From assembly GCA_964566925.1 (NCBI GenBank), contig CAZMIZ010000001.1, forward strand, positions 7,248 to 71,247: 64,000 bases of DNA, read 5' to 3'. The stretch comes from an uncultured Gammaproteobacteria bacterium (GTDB lineage Bacteria > Patescibacteriota > Microgenomatia > PFEM01 > DATLAM01). The notes beneath the pieces were generated by a model that did no database searches, was not told the DNA's origin, and worked only from the letters and a program-made list of their open reading frames with translations. The position numbers were made by a program, and so were the translations under genes. Below, in pieces: positions 55,753 through 64,000 of this stretch. Position 1 is the first letter of the stretch; each line of letters opens with the position of its first letter.

Positions 55753-56309
55753 TGCTTCTTTTTAATCTTTTTAGTCTTTTTTTTAGGAACTACTTTATCG
55801 CTAGGTTTAGTGACTTTTTTACTCTTCGTTTCTGGTGCTTTTTTCTTCTTCTCTAATTTCTTAACCACTACTTTCCCGCCTGCCTTTTCTATTTTTTTAA
55901 CCGCCCCTTTTGAACAGGGCAGCTCCACCGTCAAGGGAACTTTCAATTCACCATCACCTAAAATCTTTACCCCAAACCTTTTCGCCTCTTTATCATCAAC
56001 GATTCTTTTTTTAACTAGCGCTTGAATATCCACGGTACTTTTTTTGGTCAAAAGATTAAGGAGGCGAACATTAACAATCAATGGACCCGAATTTAACGAT
56101 TTAAATCTACTTTTACCCCGTCTCAAGGGGAGCTTTTTTAAGAAAGATTTTTTAATTTTGGTCCCCTCGAAAGTGAGGGATACCTTGCTTCGCGCCTTGA
56201 AGCCTTTGGCCCCGCGACCAACAGTATGGCCACCTTTACCAGAACCGTAGCCACGCCCAGCGCGTTTCTTTTTTCTAGTAGCAGTTTTAGGTAATTTTTT
56301 AAGCTTCAT
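55749..56309 (-). CDS. rplO: 50S ribosomal protein L15 (Lys-rich tail)
   Basis: [23 protein letters not shown]. Confidence 0.96.
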   Translation of the reverse strand: MKLKKLPKTATRKKKRAGRGYGSGKGGHTVGRGAKGFKARSKVSLTFEGTKIKKSFLKKLPLRRGKSRFKSLNSGPLIVNVRLLNLLTKKSTVDIQALVKKRIVDDKEAKRFGVKILGDGELKVPLTVELPCSKGAVKKIEKAGGKVVVKKLEKKKKAPETKSKKVTKPSDKVVPKKKTKKIKKKQ

Positions 56310-56797
56310 TTTTCTTTCCTTTCTTTCTTATTTTTCTTTTCTAAAGGTCTTAACTTTTTTAAAGCCTCAATTGTGGCATAAACATTGCTCGCCTGGTTAC
56401 TAGTGCCTAAAACCTTGGAAACAATGTCTCGAATACCAGCCGCGTCAACCACGGCTCGCACCGCCCCACCGGCAATAACTCCCGTTCCTGGCGGCGCTGG
56501 TTTCAGGATAATCTTTGCGGCTCCTTTTTTAACAAAAATTTCATGAGGAATAGTCCTTCCTCTCATTGGAACTCTGATAAGATTTTTCTTGGCCCGACTG
56601 ATGCCTTTTTTGATGGCTGAAACCACGTCTGGGGCTTTCCCCAAACCTACCCCTACCCGGCCTTTCCGATCACCGGCAACCATCAAAACCGAGAAACCAA
56701 TCCTGTTCCCCCCTTTGGTTTTCTTGGAAACACGGTTCACTTGAACTACTTTTTCCTCAAACTCTTTCTCTTCGTTTAGTGCTTGAGCTCTGAACAT
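56306..56797 (-). CDS. rpsE: 30S ribosomal protein S5
   Basis: [22 protein letters not shown]. Confidence 0.97.
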   Translation of the reverse strand: MFRAQALNEEKEFEEKVVQVNRVSKKTKGGNRIGFSVLMVAGDRKGRVGVGLGKAPDVVSAIKKGISRAKKNLIRVPMRGRTIPHEIFVKKGAAKIILKPAPPGTGVIAGGAVRAVVDAAGIRDIVSKVLGTSNQASNVYATIEALKKLRPLEKKNKKERKEK

Positions 56798-56813
56798 TTT
56801 TAGAAAACCTCCT

Positions 56814-57158
56814 TCAAAATTTAAGACCCGACTTTCTTGCCTCTTCGGCTAAAGCTTTAATCCGGCCATGGTAACGATATGAGCCACGATCAAAAATAAC
56901 TGTCTTAATACCTTTTTTGAGAGCTTTTTGGCCAAGTAAGCTACCAACTTCCTTTGCTTTTTCTGCTTTAGTCTTCCCTTCTAGTCCCTGATCAGTGACC
57001 GCCATCAAAGTCTCTCCTTTTTGGTCATCAATCAGTTGGGCATAAATTGCCTTATTAGAGCGGAAAACAGAAAGGCGGGGCCGGTTAGCCGTTCCTTTTA
57101 TCCGCGAACGGACCCTCATTTTCCTCTTTGCTTTGACATTTTTATATCGCTTAATCAT
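56814..57158 (-). CDS. rplR: 50S ribosomal protein L18
   Basis: [20 protein letters not shown]. Confidence 0.97.
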   Translation of the reverse strand: MIKRYKNVKAKRKMRVRSRIKGTANRPRLSVFRSNKAIYAQLIDDQKGETLMAVTDQGLEGKTKAEKAKEVGSLLGQKALKKGIKTVIFDRGSYRYHGRIKALAEEARKSGLKF

Positions 57159-57727
57159 GAACCTTCTCCTCCACCGGGAAGGCCAGCTCCTACTTTAGCG
57201 GCTTTGCCCGGCTTCCGCCTGATCTTTTCTCCATCATAACGAATTCCTTTTCCTTTATATGGTTCTGGTGGTCGGACTCTTCTTATTTGAGCCGCGATTT
57301 GACCAACCAAAACTTTATCAACCCCAGAAACAGTGATTTTATTATTGTCTTGGACGGCAAAGCTAATTCCTTCGACTGGCTCAATTCTTACGGGATGAGA
57401 AAAGCCAACAGTTAAAATCAGGCTCTCGTCTTCGAGTTTAGCTCGATAGCCAGTCCCATGCATTTCTAACCTTTTTTCCCAGCCTTGACTAACGCCTTTA
57501 ATCATGTTAGCCACTAAAGTTCGAGTTAAACCATGAAGTGATTTAGCCAGTTTAGTCTCTGCACTTCGAGAGACAAAAACTTGGCCATCTTCAATGGAAA
57601 TTTTTATTTCCGGCCGAATTACTTGAACCAGAGACCCTTTGGTCCCTTTAACTAGAACTTTTCCGTCTTTGATTTCAACAGAGACTTCCGGCGGAATTTT
57701 AATTGGTTGTCTGCCCACTCTACTCAT
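57155..57727 (-). CDS. rplF: 50S ribosomal protein L6
   Basis: MSRVGR.PI, GFSHP, PEPYKGKGIRY; start at ATG 57727. Confidence 0.97.
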   Translation of the reverse strand: MSRVGRQPIKIPPEVSVEIKDGKVLVKGTKGSLVQVIRPEIKISIEDGQVFVSRSAETKLAKSLHGLTRTLVANMIKGVSQGWEKRLEMHGTGYRAKLEDESLILTVGFSHPVRIEPVEGISFAVQDNNKITVSGVDKVLVGQIAAQIRRVRPPEPYKGKGIRYDGEKIRRKPGKAAKVGAGLPGGGEGS

Positions 57728-57731
57728 AAAT

Positions 57732-58124
57732 TCACCAAACACTACAAATAATTTCCCCGCCAAGATTTTCCTTCCTTGCTCGACGGTTAGTCATTAAACC
57801 TTGAGGGGTAGAAATAATGATAATTCCTAGTCCCGATAAAACTGAAGGGACTTTGTCGGCGCGAGAATAAATCCGTCTGCCTGGACGAGAAATCCGCTTT
57901 ATCCCCATCAAGGATGGTTCTTTTCCTTTATAACGGAGGGTGAGAATAATCTTTTTTTCCTTTCCCTTGCCTTCAATTTTCTTTTCTCCTAAATATTTCT
58001 CCGCCACTAAAATTTCGGCAATTTTTTCTTTTATTTTCGAATAAGGAACGGAAACGCTTCTTTGATGAACTTGGTAAGCATTCCTTATCCGGGTGCAAAA
58101 ATCAGCAATAGGGTCAGTCAACAT
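57732..58124 (-). CDS. rpsH: 30S ribosomal protein S8
   Basis: DPIAD..TRIRNA, SRPGRR.Y, ST..G, GGE. Confidence 0.97.
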   Translation of the reverse strand: MLTDPIADFCTRIRNAYQVHQRSVSVPYSKIKEKIAEILVAEKYLGEKKIEGKGKEKKIILTLRYKGKEPSLMGIKRISRPGRRIYSRADKVPSVLSGLGIIIISTPQGLMTNRRARKENLGGEIICSVW

Positions 58125-58139
58125 TTTTTCCTTTCAGGC

Positions 58140-58325
58140 CTACCAACTGGCCTTACTTACTCCTGGCAACTCCCCTTTATGGGCGCGTTCGCGAAAACAA
58201 AGCCGACAAAGTCCGAATAGTCTAATATAAGCCCGGGGTCGGCCACACAGAGAGCAACGATTGTGCCTCCTGGTTGAAAATTTCGGTTTTCTCTTATCTT
58301 TAATAATTTTTGCTCTTTTAGCCAT
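58140..58325 (-). CDS. rpsZ: 30S ribosomal protein S14 type Z (Zn-binding)
   Basis: [24 protein letters not shown]. Confidence 0.96.
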   Translation of the reverse strand: MAKRAKIIKDKRKPKFSTRRHNRCSLCGRPRAYIRLFGLCRLCFRERAHKGELPGVSKASW

Positions 58326-58328
58326 CAA

Positions 58329-58874
58329 CTACTCCGTTTTTGTAAAAGGCATTCCCATTAACTCTAGCAATCTTTTTGCTTCTTTGTCTGAATTGGTACT
58401 AGTAACAATAGTAATCTCCAGTCCTCGAACCTTATCAATCTTAGCATAGTCTACCTCAGGAAAAACAATCTGTTCGGCTAAGCCCAAGCTGTAATTACCA
58501 TGGCCGTCAAAATTCTTTATTGGAAGCCCTTGAAAGTCGCGTAACCGAGGCAAGACAATCTTAAAAAGCTTTTCCAAAAAATCATACATTCTTCGTCCCC
58601 TTAAAGTAACCACCAGTCCGATCGGGTCACCAGCCCGGAGTTTAAAACCAGCAATTGACTGTTTAGCTCGAGCAATTTTTGGTTTTTGGCCGGTAATAAC
58701 TGCCAAGGTTTGACTGGGTGCCTTTAAAGACCCCTTATCACTGGCTCCTTCCTTAAGGCCAATATTGACAACCACCTTTTCCACTCGAGGAACAGAGAGA
58801 TGACTCTTAATCCCTAGTTCTTCTACCATTTGAGGGATAATTTCCTTTTGGAATTTCTTTTCTAAATTAGACAT
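58329..58874 (-). CDS. rplE: 50S ribosomal protein L5
   Basis: ITGQKP, FKLR.G, VTLRG, LPR.RDF.G; start at ATG 58874. Confidence 0.97.
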   Translation of the reverse strand: MSNLEKKFQKEIIPQMVEELGIKSHLSVPRVEKVVVNIGLKEGASDKGSLKAPSQTLAVITGQKPKIARAKQSIAGFKLRAGDPIGLVVTLRGRRMYDFLEKLFKIVLPRLRDFQGLPIKNFDGHGNYSLGLAEQIVFPEVDYAKIDKVRGLEITIVTSTNSDKEAKRLLELMGMPFTKTE

Positions 58875-58879
58875 TATCT

Positions 58880-59197
58880 TTAAATTACCTCCTGGCACTT
58901 TCGGCAAATTCGATATTTCTCCTTTTTGCCGGTATTTTTCCCAAGCTGAAAACCAACCCGTGTTTGTTTTTTACATTTCGGACATAAAAGGGCCACATTA
59001 GCCACCGGCAAAGGTTTAACTACATCGATAATTCCTCCAGGATTTTTCTCTCCTTGGGGCCGGACATGTTTCTTATAAATGTTCACTCCTGGAATCAAAA
59101 CCCTCCCCAGCCTAGGAAAAACTTTTTCAATCTTTCCCTGCTTGCCTCGATCTTTTCCGGCAATAATTTTAACGAGATCTCCCTTTTTAAGTTTCAT
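58880..59197 (-). CDS. rplX: 50S ribosomal protein L24
   Basis: KKGD.V..IAGKD.GK.G, KKH. Confidence 0.97.
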   Translation of the reverse strand: MKLKKGDLVKIIAGKDRGKQGKIEKVFPRLGRVLIPGVNIYKKHVRPQGEKNPGGIIDVVKPLPVANVALLCPKCKKQTRVGFQLGKNTGKKEKYRICRKCQEVI

Positions 59198-59214
59198 AAA
59201 ATAAACTCCGTTCT

Positions 59215-59583
59215 TTAGAGAACCTCTGATGCCAAAGAGGCTATCCTTGCATAACCTGCCTCTTTTATTTCCCGAGCAATCGGGCCAAAAATCCTGGTTC
59301 CTTTTGGGTTCCCATTTTTATCAATAATCACGGCGGCATTATCGTCAAAGCGAATGTAAGATCCGTCCTTTCTCTTTGTTTCCTTTTTGGTCCGGACGAT
59401 GACGGCTTTAACAATTTCCGAATCTTTAACCGTCCCATTTGGATCTACCTGATCAACTACTGCCGTCACAATATCGCCAAGATGTCCAAAACGTCGCTTT
59501 GAACCACCATGAACATGAATAACACGCAGGCGTTTTGCGCCGGCATTATCCGCTGGTTTTAAAATACTTCTTAGCTGAATCAT
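59215..59583 (-). CDS. rplN: 50S ribosomal protein L14
   Basis: [25 protein letters not shown]. Confidence 0.98.
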   Translation of the reverse strand: MIQLRSILKPADNAGAKRLRVIHVHGGSKRRFGHLGDIVTAVVDQVDPNGTVKDSEIVKAVIVRTKKETKRKDGSYIRFDDNAAVIIDKNGNPKGTRIFGPIAREIKEAGYARIASLASEVL

Positions 59584-59810
59584 TTTTTAATTATCTCAAT
59601 AATTTTCCATTTTTTCATTTTACTAATCGGCCTCACTTCGGCCAGCTTCACCCAATCACCTTCTTTTACCTTTAACTCATCATGGGCCTGGTATTTCTTG
59701 GTCTGTTTAACCCGTTTTTTATAAATTGGATGGGCTTTTTTGGTTTCGACGGCCACCACCGCCGTTTTTTCTGTTTTGGTCGAAACTACTTTACCAATAA
59801 GAATCTTCAT
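59580..59810 (-). CDS. rpsQ: 30S ribosomal protein S17
   Basis: G.VVS..KT, HP.YKK, AHD, RPISK.K.W. Confidence 0.97.
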   Translation of the reverse strand: MKILIGKVVSTKTEKTAVVAVETKKAHPIYKKRVKQTKKYQAHDELKVKEGDWVKLAEVRPISKMKKWKIIEIIKK

Positions 59811-60010
59811 GCTGATAACTCCTTCTCACGGATAATTGTTTTTATTCTGGCGATCTCGCGTCGTTTTTCTAAGAATCGACGATGATTTTTTGACTTCTTT
59901 TTTTCTTGTTCCATTCGTAAATGAACTAACCCTTCTTGGGCTTTACTTAGTAGGCCATTTAATTCTTTAATTGTCTTGGTGTGTAGTTCCTTAATATCTT
60001 TTCTTTTCAT
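59807..60010 (-). CDS. rpmC: 50S ribosomal protein L29
   Basis: RREIARIKT; position between rplP and rpsQ. Confidence 0.93.
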   Translation of the reverse strand: MKRKDIKELHTKTIKELNGLLSKAQEGLVHLRMEQEKKKSKNHRRFLEKRREIARIKTIIREKELSA

Positions 60011-60011
60011 T

Positions 60012-60419
60012 CTATTCTCGACTGATAAGTTTAGATTTGAATGGTAGTTTGGCGGCGGCCCGCTTCATTGCTTCAGTGGCAATTTCTTCAGAAACGCCTG
60101 CCAGTTCAAAAAGAATCCTGCCCGGAGTGACCACCGCGACATAACCCTCAATATCGCCTTTACCTTTCCCCATTTTTGCGCCGGCTGACTTGGCGGTCAC
60201 CGGTTTATCGGGGAAAACCCGTATCCAAACTTTCCCTGCCCGCTTAGTGTAATGAGTGATTGCCTTTCGAGCGGCCTCAATTTGACGAGCCGTTAACCAG
60301 CCTCGACCTAAACTTTTGAGACCGAAATCGCCAAAAGTAAGAACCGTTCCTCTCCCGGCTACTCCTTTCATTGAACCCCGAAAGGCTTTTCGATATTTCG
60401 ATTTTTTAGGTTGCAACAT
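60012..60419 (-). CDS. rplP: 50S ribosomal protein L16
   Basis: MLQPK..K.RK, QIEAAR, WIRVFPD, MGKGKG; start at ATG 60419. Confidence 0.98.
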   Translation of the reverse strand: MLQPKKSKYRKAFRGSMKGVAGRGTVLTFGDFGLKSLGRGWLTARQIEAARKAITHYTKRAGKVWIRVFPDKPVTAKSAGAKMGKGKGDIEGYVAVVTPGRILFELAGVSEEIATEAMKRAAAKLPFKSKLISRE

Positions 60420-60421
60420 TT

Positions 60422-61057
60422 TTACTCCCGATAAATCCAAACCTTAATTCCAATATAGCCTGATTTAGTCAAGGTCGGCACCTGGGCATAATCAATTTCG
60501 GCCCGCAAAGTTTGGAGCGGGACTTTCCCTTCGGCAAACTTTTCAGTCCGAGCAATTTCGGCACCACCAATCCTTCCGGCAAGAGTAACTTTAATGCCGT
60601 TTGCCCCTGCTCCCATCACCCGCTCCATTGTTTTGGAAACCACCCGACGATGAGGTAACCGGCGCTCAAGCTGTTCAGCAATTCTCATGGCCACTAGCTG
60701 GGCTGATAATTCAGGCTTTTTTACCTCTACTGGGTTGATTTCTAAATTCTTTTCTGGTTCGGCAATTGAAACCCTTTGACAAAGTTCCTTTTTTAATTGT
60801 TCTAGGCCGGTTCCTCCTCGACCAATCACCACCCCTGGGCGGCTCACATAAATAGTTATTTTCATTTTATTAATCGACCGCTCAATCTGGACGCTGACAA
60901 TCCCTGCCAGTTTAAGCTTTTTCATCAAGAAACGTCTTATCTTGATATCCTCAAGTAAATTTTGGCGATATTTTTTCGGGTCGCTGGCGAACCACCGCGA
61001 CTGCCAATTCTTAACCTGACTTAACCTGAAGCCAAACGGATTAACTTTTTGTCCCAT
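60422..61057 (-). CDS. rpsC: 30S ribosomal protein S3
   Basis: MGQKVNP.GFRL, RPGVVIG, GR..GAEIAR, PLQTLRA; start at ATG 61057. Confidence 0.98.
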   Translation of the reverse strand: MGQKVNPFGFRLSQVKNWQSRWFASDPKKYRQNLLEDIKIRRFLMKKLKLAGIVSVQIERSINKMKITIYVSRPGVVIGRGGTGLEQLKKELCQRVSIAEPEKNLEINPVEVKKPELSAQLVAMRIAEQLERRLPHRRVVSKTMERVMGAGANGIKVTLAGRIGGAEIARTEKFAEGKVPLQTLRAEIDYAQVPTLTKSGYIGIKVWIYRE

Positions 61058-61430
61058 TTTTACTCCTTTTACTTTTCTTCTCCGCTCCTTCTTTTTTCGA
61101 CTTTCCCTCAAGAACTATCCTGATATGACTAGTTCTTTTTAAAACCTGATGAGCCTGACCACGAGACGCGGCTCGCCAACGCTTAAAAACCGGCCCTTCA
61201 CCGATTTGAATCTCTTTAATAATCAGGTCTTCGCTTTTAAGCTTAAAGTTATTGACCGCATTGCCGATTCCCTGCCTTAAAGTATCTAGTAAAGGTTTAG
61301 CGGCGCTTTTATTCGTCGCTTTAAGGGTAATTATCGCCTCTTCCGGAGATAATTGCCGGATGCTGTCCGCTACCAAGCGAACTTTTCTTGGGGTCATCCT
61401 AATATAGTTTGATTTGGCCATTATTTTCAT
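61041..61430 (-). CDS. rplV: 50S ribosomal protein L22
   Basis: TPRKVRLVAD.IR, EGP, KRTSHI. Confidence 0.97.
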   Translation of the reverse strand: MKIMAKSNYIRMTPRKVRLVADSIRQLSPEEAIITLKATNKSAAKPLLDTLRQGIGNAVNNFKLKSEDLIIKEIQIGEGPVFKRWRAASRGQAHQVLKRTSHIRIVLEGKSKKEGAEKKSKRSKNGTKS

Positions 61431-61441
61431 AAATCAGTCCC

Positions 61442-61726
61442 TTAAGTTTTAGCAATAATTCTCTTAACCACCTTACCGTGTCCTCGAAAAGTCCGAGTCG
61501 GAGCAAATTCTCCTAAGCGATGGCCTACCATTGATTCATTGACAAAAACATCAATAAACTTCCGGCCATTATGAACAGCAAAAGTATGGCCCACAAAATC
61601 AGGCGGGATCTGGCTTGCCCGCGCCCAAGTTTTAATCGGCTCTTTTTTCCCGACCGCCTTCTGAGCCATTACCTTCTTAAGTAATTTCTGGTCGATATAT
61701 GGTCCCTTTTTAGATGAGCGAGCCAT
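61442..61726 (-). CDS. rpsS: 30S ribosomal protein S19
   Basis: RS.KKGP, TW.R, VHNG, MVGH.LGEF.PTR. Confidence 0.98.
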   Translation of the reverse strand: MARSSKKGPYIDQKLLKKVMAQKAVGKKEPIKTWARASQIPPDFVGHTFAVHNGRKFIDVFVNESMVGHRLGEFAPTRTFRGHGKVVKRIIAKT

Positions 61727-62553
61727 TATTTTCTCCTCTTAATAATCATTTTATCACTATATTTTTTCCGCTTCCTCGTTCTTTTGCCAAGAGTTTTTTT
61801 ACCCCATGGTGATTTAGGCGAAGGCATCCCAATCCCTGATCGGCCTTCTCCACCTCCATGAGGATGGGCTCCTGGGTGCATGGCGACTCCGCGAACCGAA
61901 GGGCGAAAACCTAAATGACGTTTTCGACCAGCCTTTCCTAATTTAACTACTTTAAGATCAACGTTGCCTGATTGGCCAATCGTCGCCCGACAATCAAGTT
62001 TAACCCTCCTTAACTCTCCAGAGGGTAGTTTTAAAGTAGCCAGACCGGCTTCTTTGGCACTAATGGTCACCGCCGCTCCAGCCCCGCGTGCCAGCTTCGC
62101 ACCTTTACCTGGTGTTAATTCAACATTGTGAATTGCTGTTCCGATCGGGATCTTTCTTAAAGGCAAGGCGTGACCCACTTTAAGCTCTGCCTTTAACCCA
62201 GAAATGACCTCATCCCCAACTTTTAGTCCGGTAGGGGCAATTATATAGCGCTTCTCGCCATCAGTATAAATTAAAAGAGCCACATTAGCTCCCCGATTAG
62301 GATCATATTCAATCGTCGTCACCTTGGCAGGAATATTATCTTTATCTCTTTTCCAATCGATTAAGCGCAAAAATCGTTTTTGCCTCCCGCCGCGATGCCG
62401 AGTGGTAATTTTCCCACTAGCGTTTCTACCGGCGCGCTTAGGCAAAATCCTGGTCAATCTTTTATTAGGCCTACTTCGAGTAGCCTGGCTAAAATCAAGG
62501 TAAGAGGTAAACCTCTGCCCCGCTGTTGTTGGTTTTCTTTTCTTGATGGCCAT
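61726..62553 (-). CDS. rplB: 50S ribosomal protein L2
   Basis: [31 protein letters not shown]. Confidence 0.99.
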   Translation of the reverse strand: MAIKKRKPTTAGQRFTSYLDFSQATRSRPNKRLTRILPKRAGRNASGKITTRHRGGRQKRFLRLIDWKRDKDNIPAKVTTIEYDPNRGANVALLIYTDGEKRYIIAPTGLKVGDEVISGLKAELKVGHALPLRKIPIGTAIHNVELTPGKGAKLARGAGAAVTISAKEAGLATLKLPSGELRRVKLDCRATIGQSGNVDLKVVKLGKAGRKRHLGFRPSVRGVAMHPGAHPHGGGEGRSGIGMPSPKSPWGKKTLGKRTRKRKKYSDKMIIKRRK

Positions 62554-62564
62554 TTTTCTCCTAT

Positions 62565-62864
62565 TTATTTCTCGGTTGGCAATTCAAAGGCGTCAATTTT
62601 TTGCTCAGGTGCCAGCCTCACGATTGCCTTTTTCCAGTCAGGGAGTTTAATTTCTTGACGAAACCGACCCACCCGGCGCTTCTTGCCATATATTTTTATT
62701 GTTCTTACCGAGCGAACGTCAACCTTAAAAAATTTCTCTACCGCCCGGGCAATCTCCTTTTTTGTGGCTCTCTTACGGACTTTAAAGGTATACTCGCCCC
62801 GCGTGGTTAGCGCCATTGATTTTTCCGTAATAACTGGTTGAATTAAAACTTGGGCCAGGTCCAT
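62565..62864 (-). CDS. rplW: 50S ribosomal protein L23
   Basis: PVITEK, F.V..ATK.EI, WKKAIV; start at ATG 62864. Confidence 0.97.
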   Translation of the reverse strand: MDLAQVLIQPVITEKSMALTTRGEYTFKVRKRATKKEIARAVEKFFKVDVRSVRTIKIYGKKRRVGRFRQEIKLPDWKKAIVRLAPEQKIDAFELPTEK

Positions 62865-62868
62865 GATT

Positions 62869-63507
62869 TTATCCTTTATCTTTGAGAAAGGTCTCTTTAA
62901 GTTTATCAATCGACTCTTTCATTAAAATTAAGGTACCGCCATTTAAGACCTGATAGGTATTCAGCAGACTAGCCTGAACTAAACTTACTCCTTTAATGTT
63001 CCTTGCTCCTAAGATAACGTTCTCGGTCTTTTCTGACAAAACTATGGTCAATTTCCCCTCTTTAGCCAATTTCTTTAAAACCTGAGCCATTTCCTTAGTT
63101 TTAGGTTTTACCTTCTCTAGCCCTTTTACCACTTTAATTTCATCGGTTTTCAGTTTACTGGTGAGGGCACTAAAAAGAGCGGCGCGGCGCATCTTTTTGG
63201 TTAACTTCAGTTTCCAATTCTCTTCTCCGGTGGGACCGTGAGCAACACCGCCACCAACAAAGATAGGCGCATAACGATCACCGTGGCGAGCCCGACCGGT
63301 GCCTTTTTGGCGCCAGATTTTACGTCGTGAACCCTTAACTTCACTTCGCCTTTTAGCTTTAGCTCGAGCCTTCCTCTGATTTGAAAGATAAACCCGAACC
63401 GCCTGGGCCATTAAATCTTTGTTTATTTTGGCATCAAAAATCTCTTTAGGCAGTTCAATCGAGCTAACTTTCTTGCCTTGAAGGTTTAAAACATTAACTT
63501 TGGGCAT
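62869..63507 (-). CDS. rplD: 50S ribosomal protein L4
   Basis: [25 protein letters not shown]. Confidence 0.98.
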   Translation of the reverse strand: MPKVNVLNLQGKKVSSIELPKEIFDAKINKDLMAQAVRVYLSNQRKARAKAKRRSEVKGSRRKIWRQKGTGRARHGDRYAPIFVGGGVAHGPTGEENWKLKLTKKMRRAALFSALTSKLKTDEIKVVKGLEKVKPKTKEMAQVLKKLAKEGKLTIVLSEKTENVILGARNIKGVSLVQASLLNTYQVLNGGTLILMKESIDKLKETFLKDKG

Positions 63508-64000
63508 CTTTCTCTCCTTTGTCAGCCGGCTGGTTCGCTGAAGTTTCGGCGGAGGCGGGTTTTTTCTCTGTCTCTTCGGCTTTTTCTGCCTCTTTAAGTT
63601 TTTCAGCTGCTTCTTTTTCTTTGGCTAGCCGCGCTTTTCTTTCTTCTTCTGACTCCTTAATCTTTTTTTCTCCTTTTACCATTAAGGGAATAAACTTTTT
63701 CTCCTCACCTATTTTCTGAATAACTAAAAGGCTATTTCGCGGACCAGGCACTAATCCCTTAATTAAAAGTTCGTCTTTCTCTTCATCAACGGCAATAACC
63801 GTCAAATTACTAATGGTCACTCGATTTCCGCCTGAACGTCCGGCCATTTTTTTACCTGGAAAAACACGCCCGGGATCGGCTGACTGACCAATTGACCCAG
63901 GTGCCCGGGCTCGATCTGATTGTCCGTGAGTCCGAGGCCCCCCAGCGAAACCCCAGCGCTTCATCACGCCGGTAAAACCCCTTCCTTTAGAAGTCCCGGC
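63494..64000 (-). CDS. rplC: 50S ribosomal protein L3 (3' part; start beyond window) with long charged C-terminal extension
   Basis: [37 protein letters not shown]. Confidence 0.97.
   Translation of the reverse strand, partial: AGTSKGRGFTGVMKRWGFAGGPRTHGQSDRARAPGSIGQSADPGRVFPGKKMAGRSGGNRVTISNLTVIAVDEEKDELLIKGLVPGPRNSLLVIQKIGEEKKFIPLMVKGEKKIKESEEERKARLAKEKEAAEKLKEAEKAEETEKKPASAETSANQPADKGEKDAQS

Noticed and set aside
3174-57158. UGA recoding (genetic code 25) or selenoproteins
   Set aside because: Conserved genes such as secY, adk, rpoA, rpsH and rplF end at TGA at their expected C-termini, and no conserved gene shows an in-frame TGA.
2484-63719. Many 60-140-aa antisense or alternate-frame ORFs in the track (e.g. 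5051..5371, 21800..22165, 42784..43188, 45672..46094)
   Set aside because: They are shadows of well-supported genes, with no initiation signals or motifs.
1-64000. CRISPR array, integrase, transposase or prophage
   Set aside because: No regularly spaced repeats with unique spacers and no ORF with cas, integrase, transposase or phage structural motifs was recognised.

Overview
64-kb chromosomal segment of a Patescibacteria/CPR bacterium, probably Microgenomates-like. This is inferred from the absence of rpmD/L30 between rpsE and rplO, a minimal RNase P RNA, a Lys-rich proteome and TGA used as stop (code 11). The right quarter is the S10-spc-alpha-rplM/rpsI ribosomal superoperon on the minus strand. 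The rest holds housekeeping genes (recJ fragment, cca, secDF, comM, uppP, rnpB, miaA, miaB, HU, rny, recX, recA, tRNA-Pro) mixed with accessory modules: an ORP-like DUF134/NifX/CDF/MinD-ferredoxin operon, a rubrerythrin-SOR operon, and an ABC operon containing a BpsA-like gene. Most notable signals: (1) a 284-bp GIY-YIG nuclease unit between a duplicated tRNA-Pro 5' part and the intact tRNA; (2) families of ~15-50-bp palindromic mini-insertions found in the dead tRNA copy, in frame inside proteins and nested in each other; (3) a 7-mer repeat at the secD-secF junction that separates secF from its Shine-Dalgarno but forms a chain of stop/start-overlapping micro-ORFs; (4) unannotated small genes, including a 13-aa Lys-rich peptide with its own signals and a 40-aa 9-Cys metallothionein-like protein; (5) many -10 boxes 6-11 nt before start codons, suggesting leaderless mRNAs. 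All calls are by eye; no searches were run.
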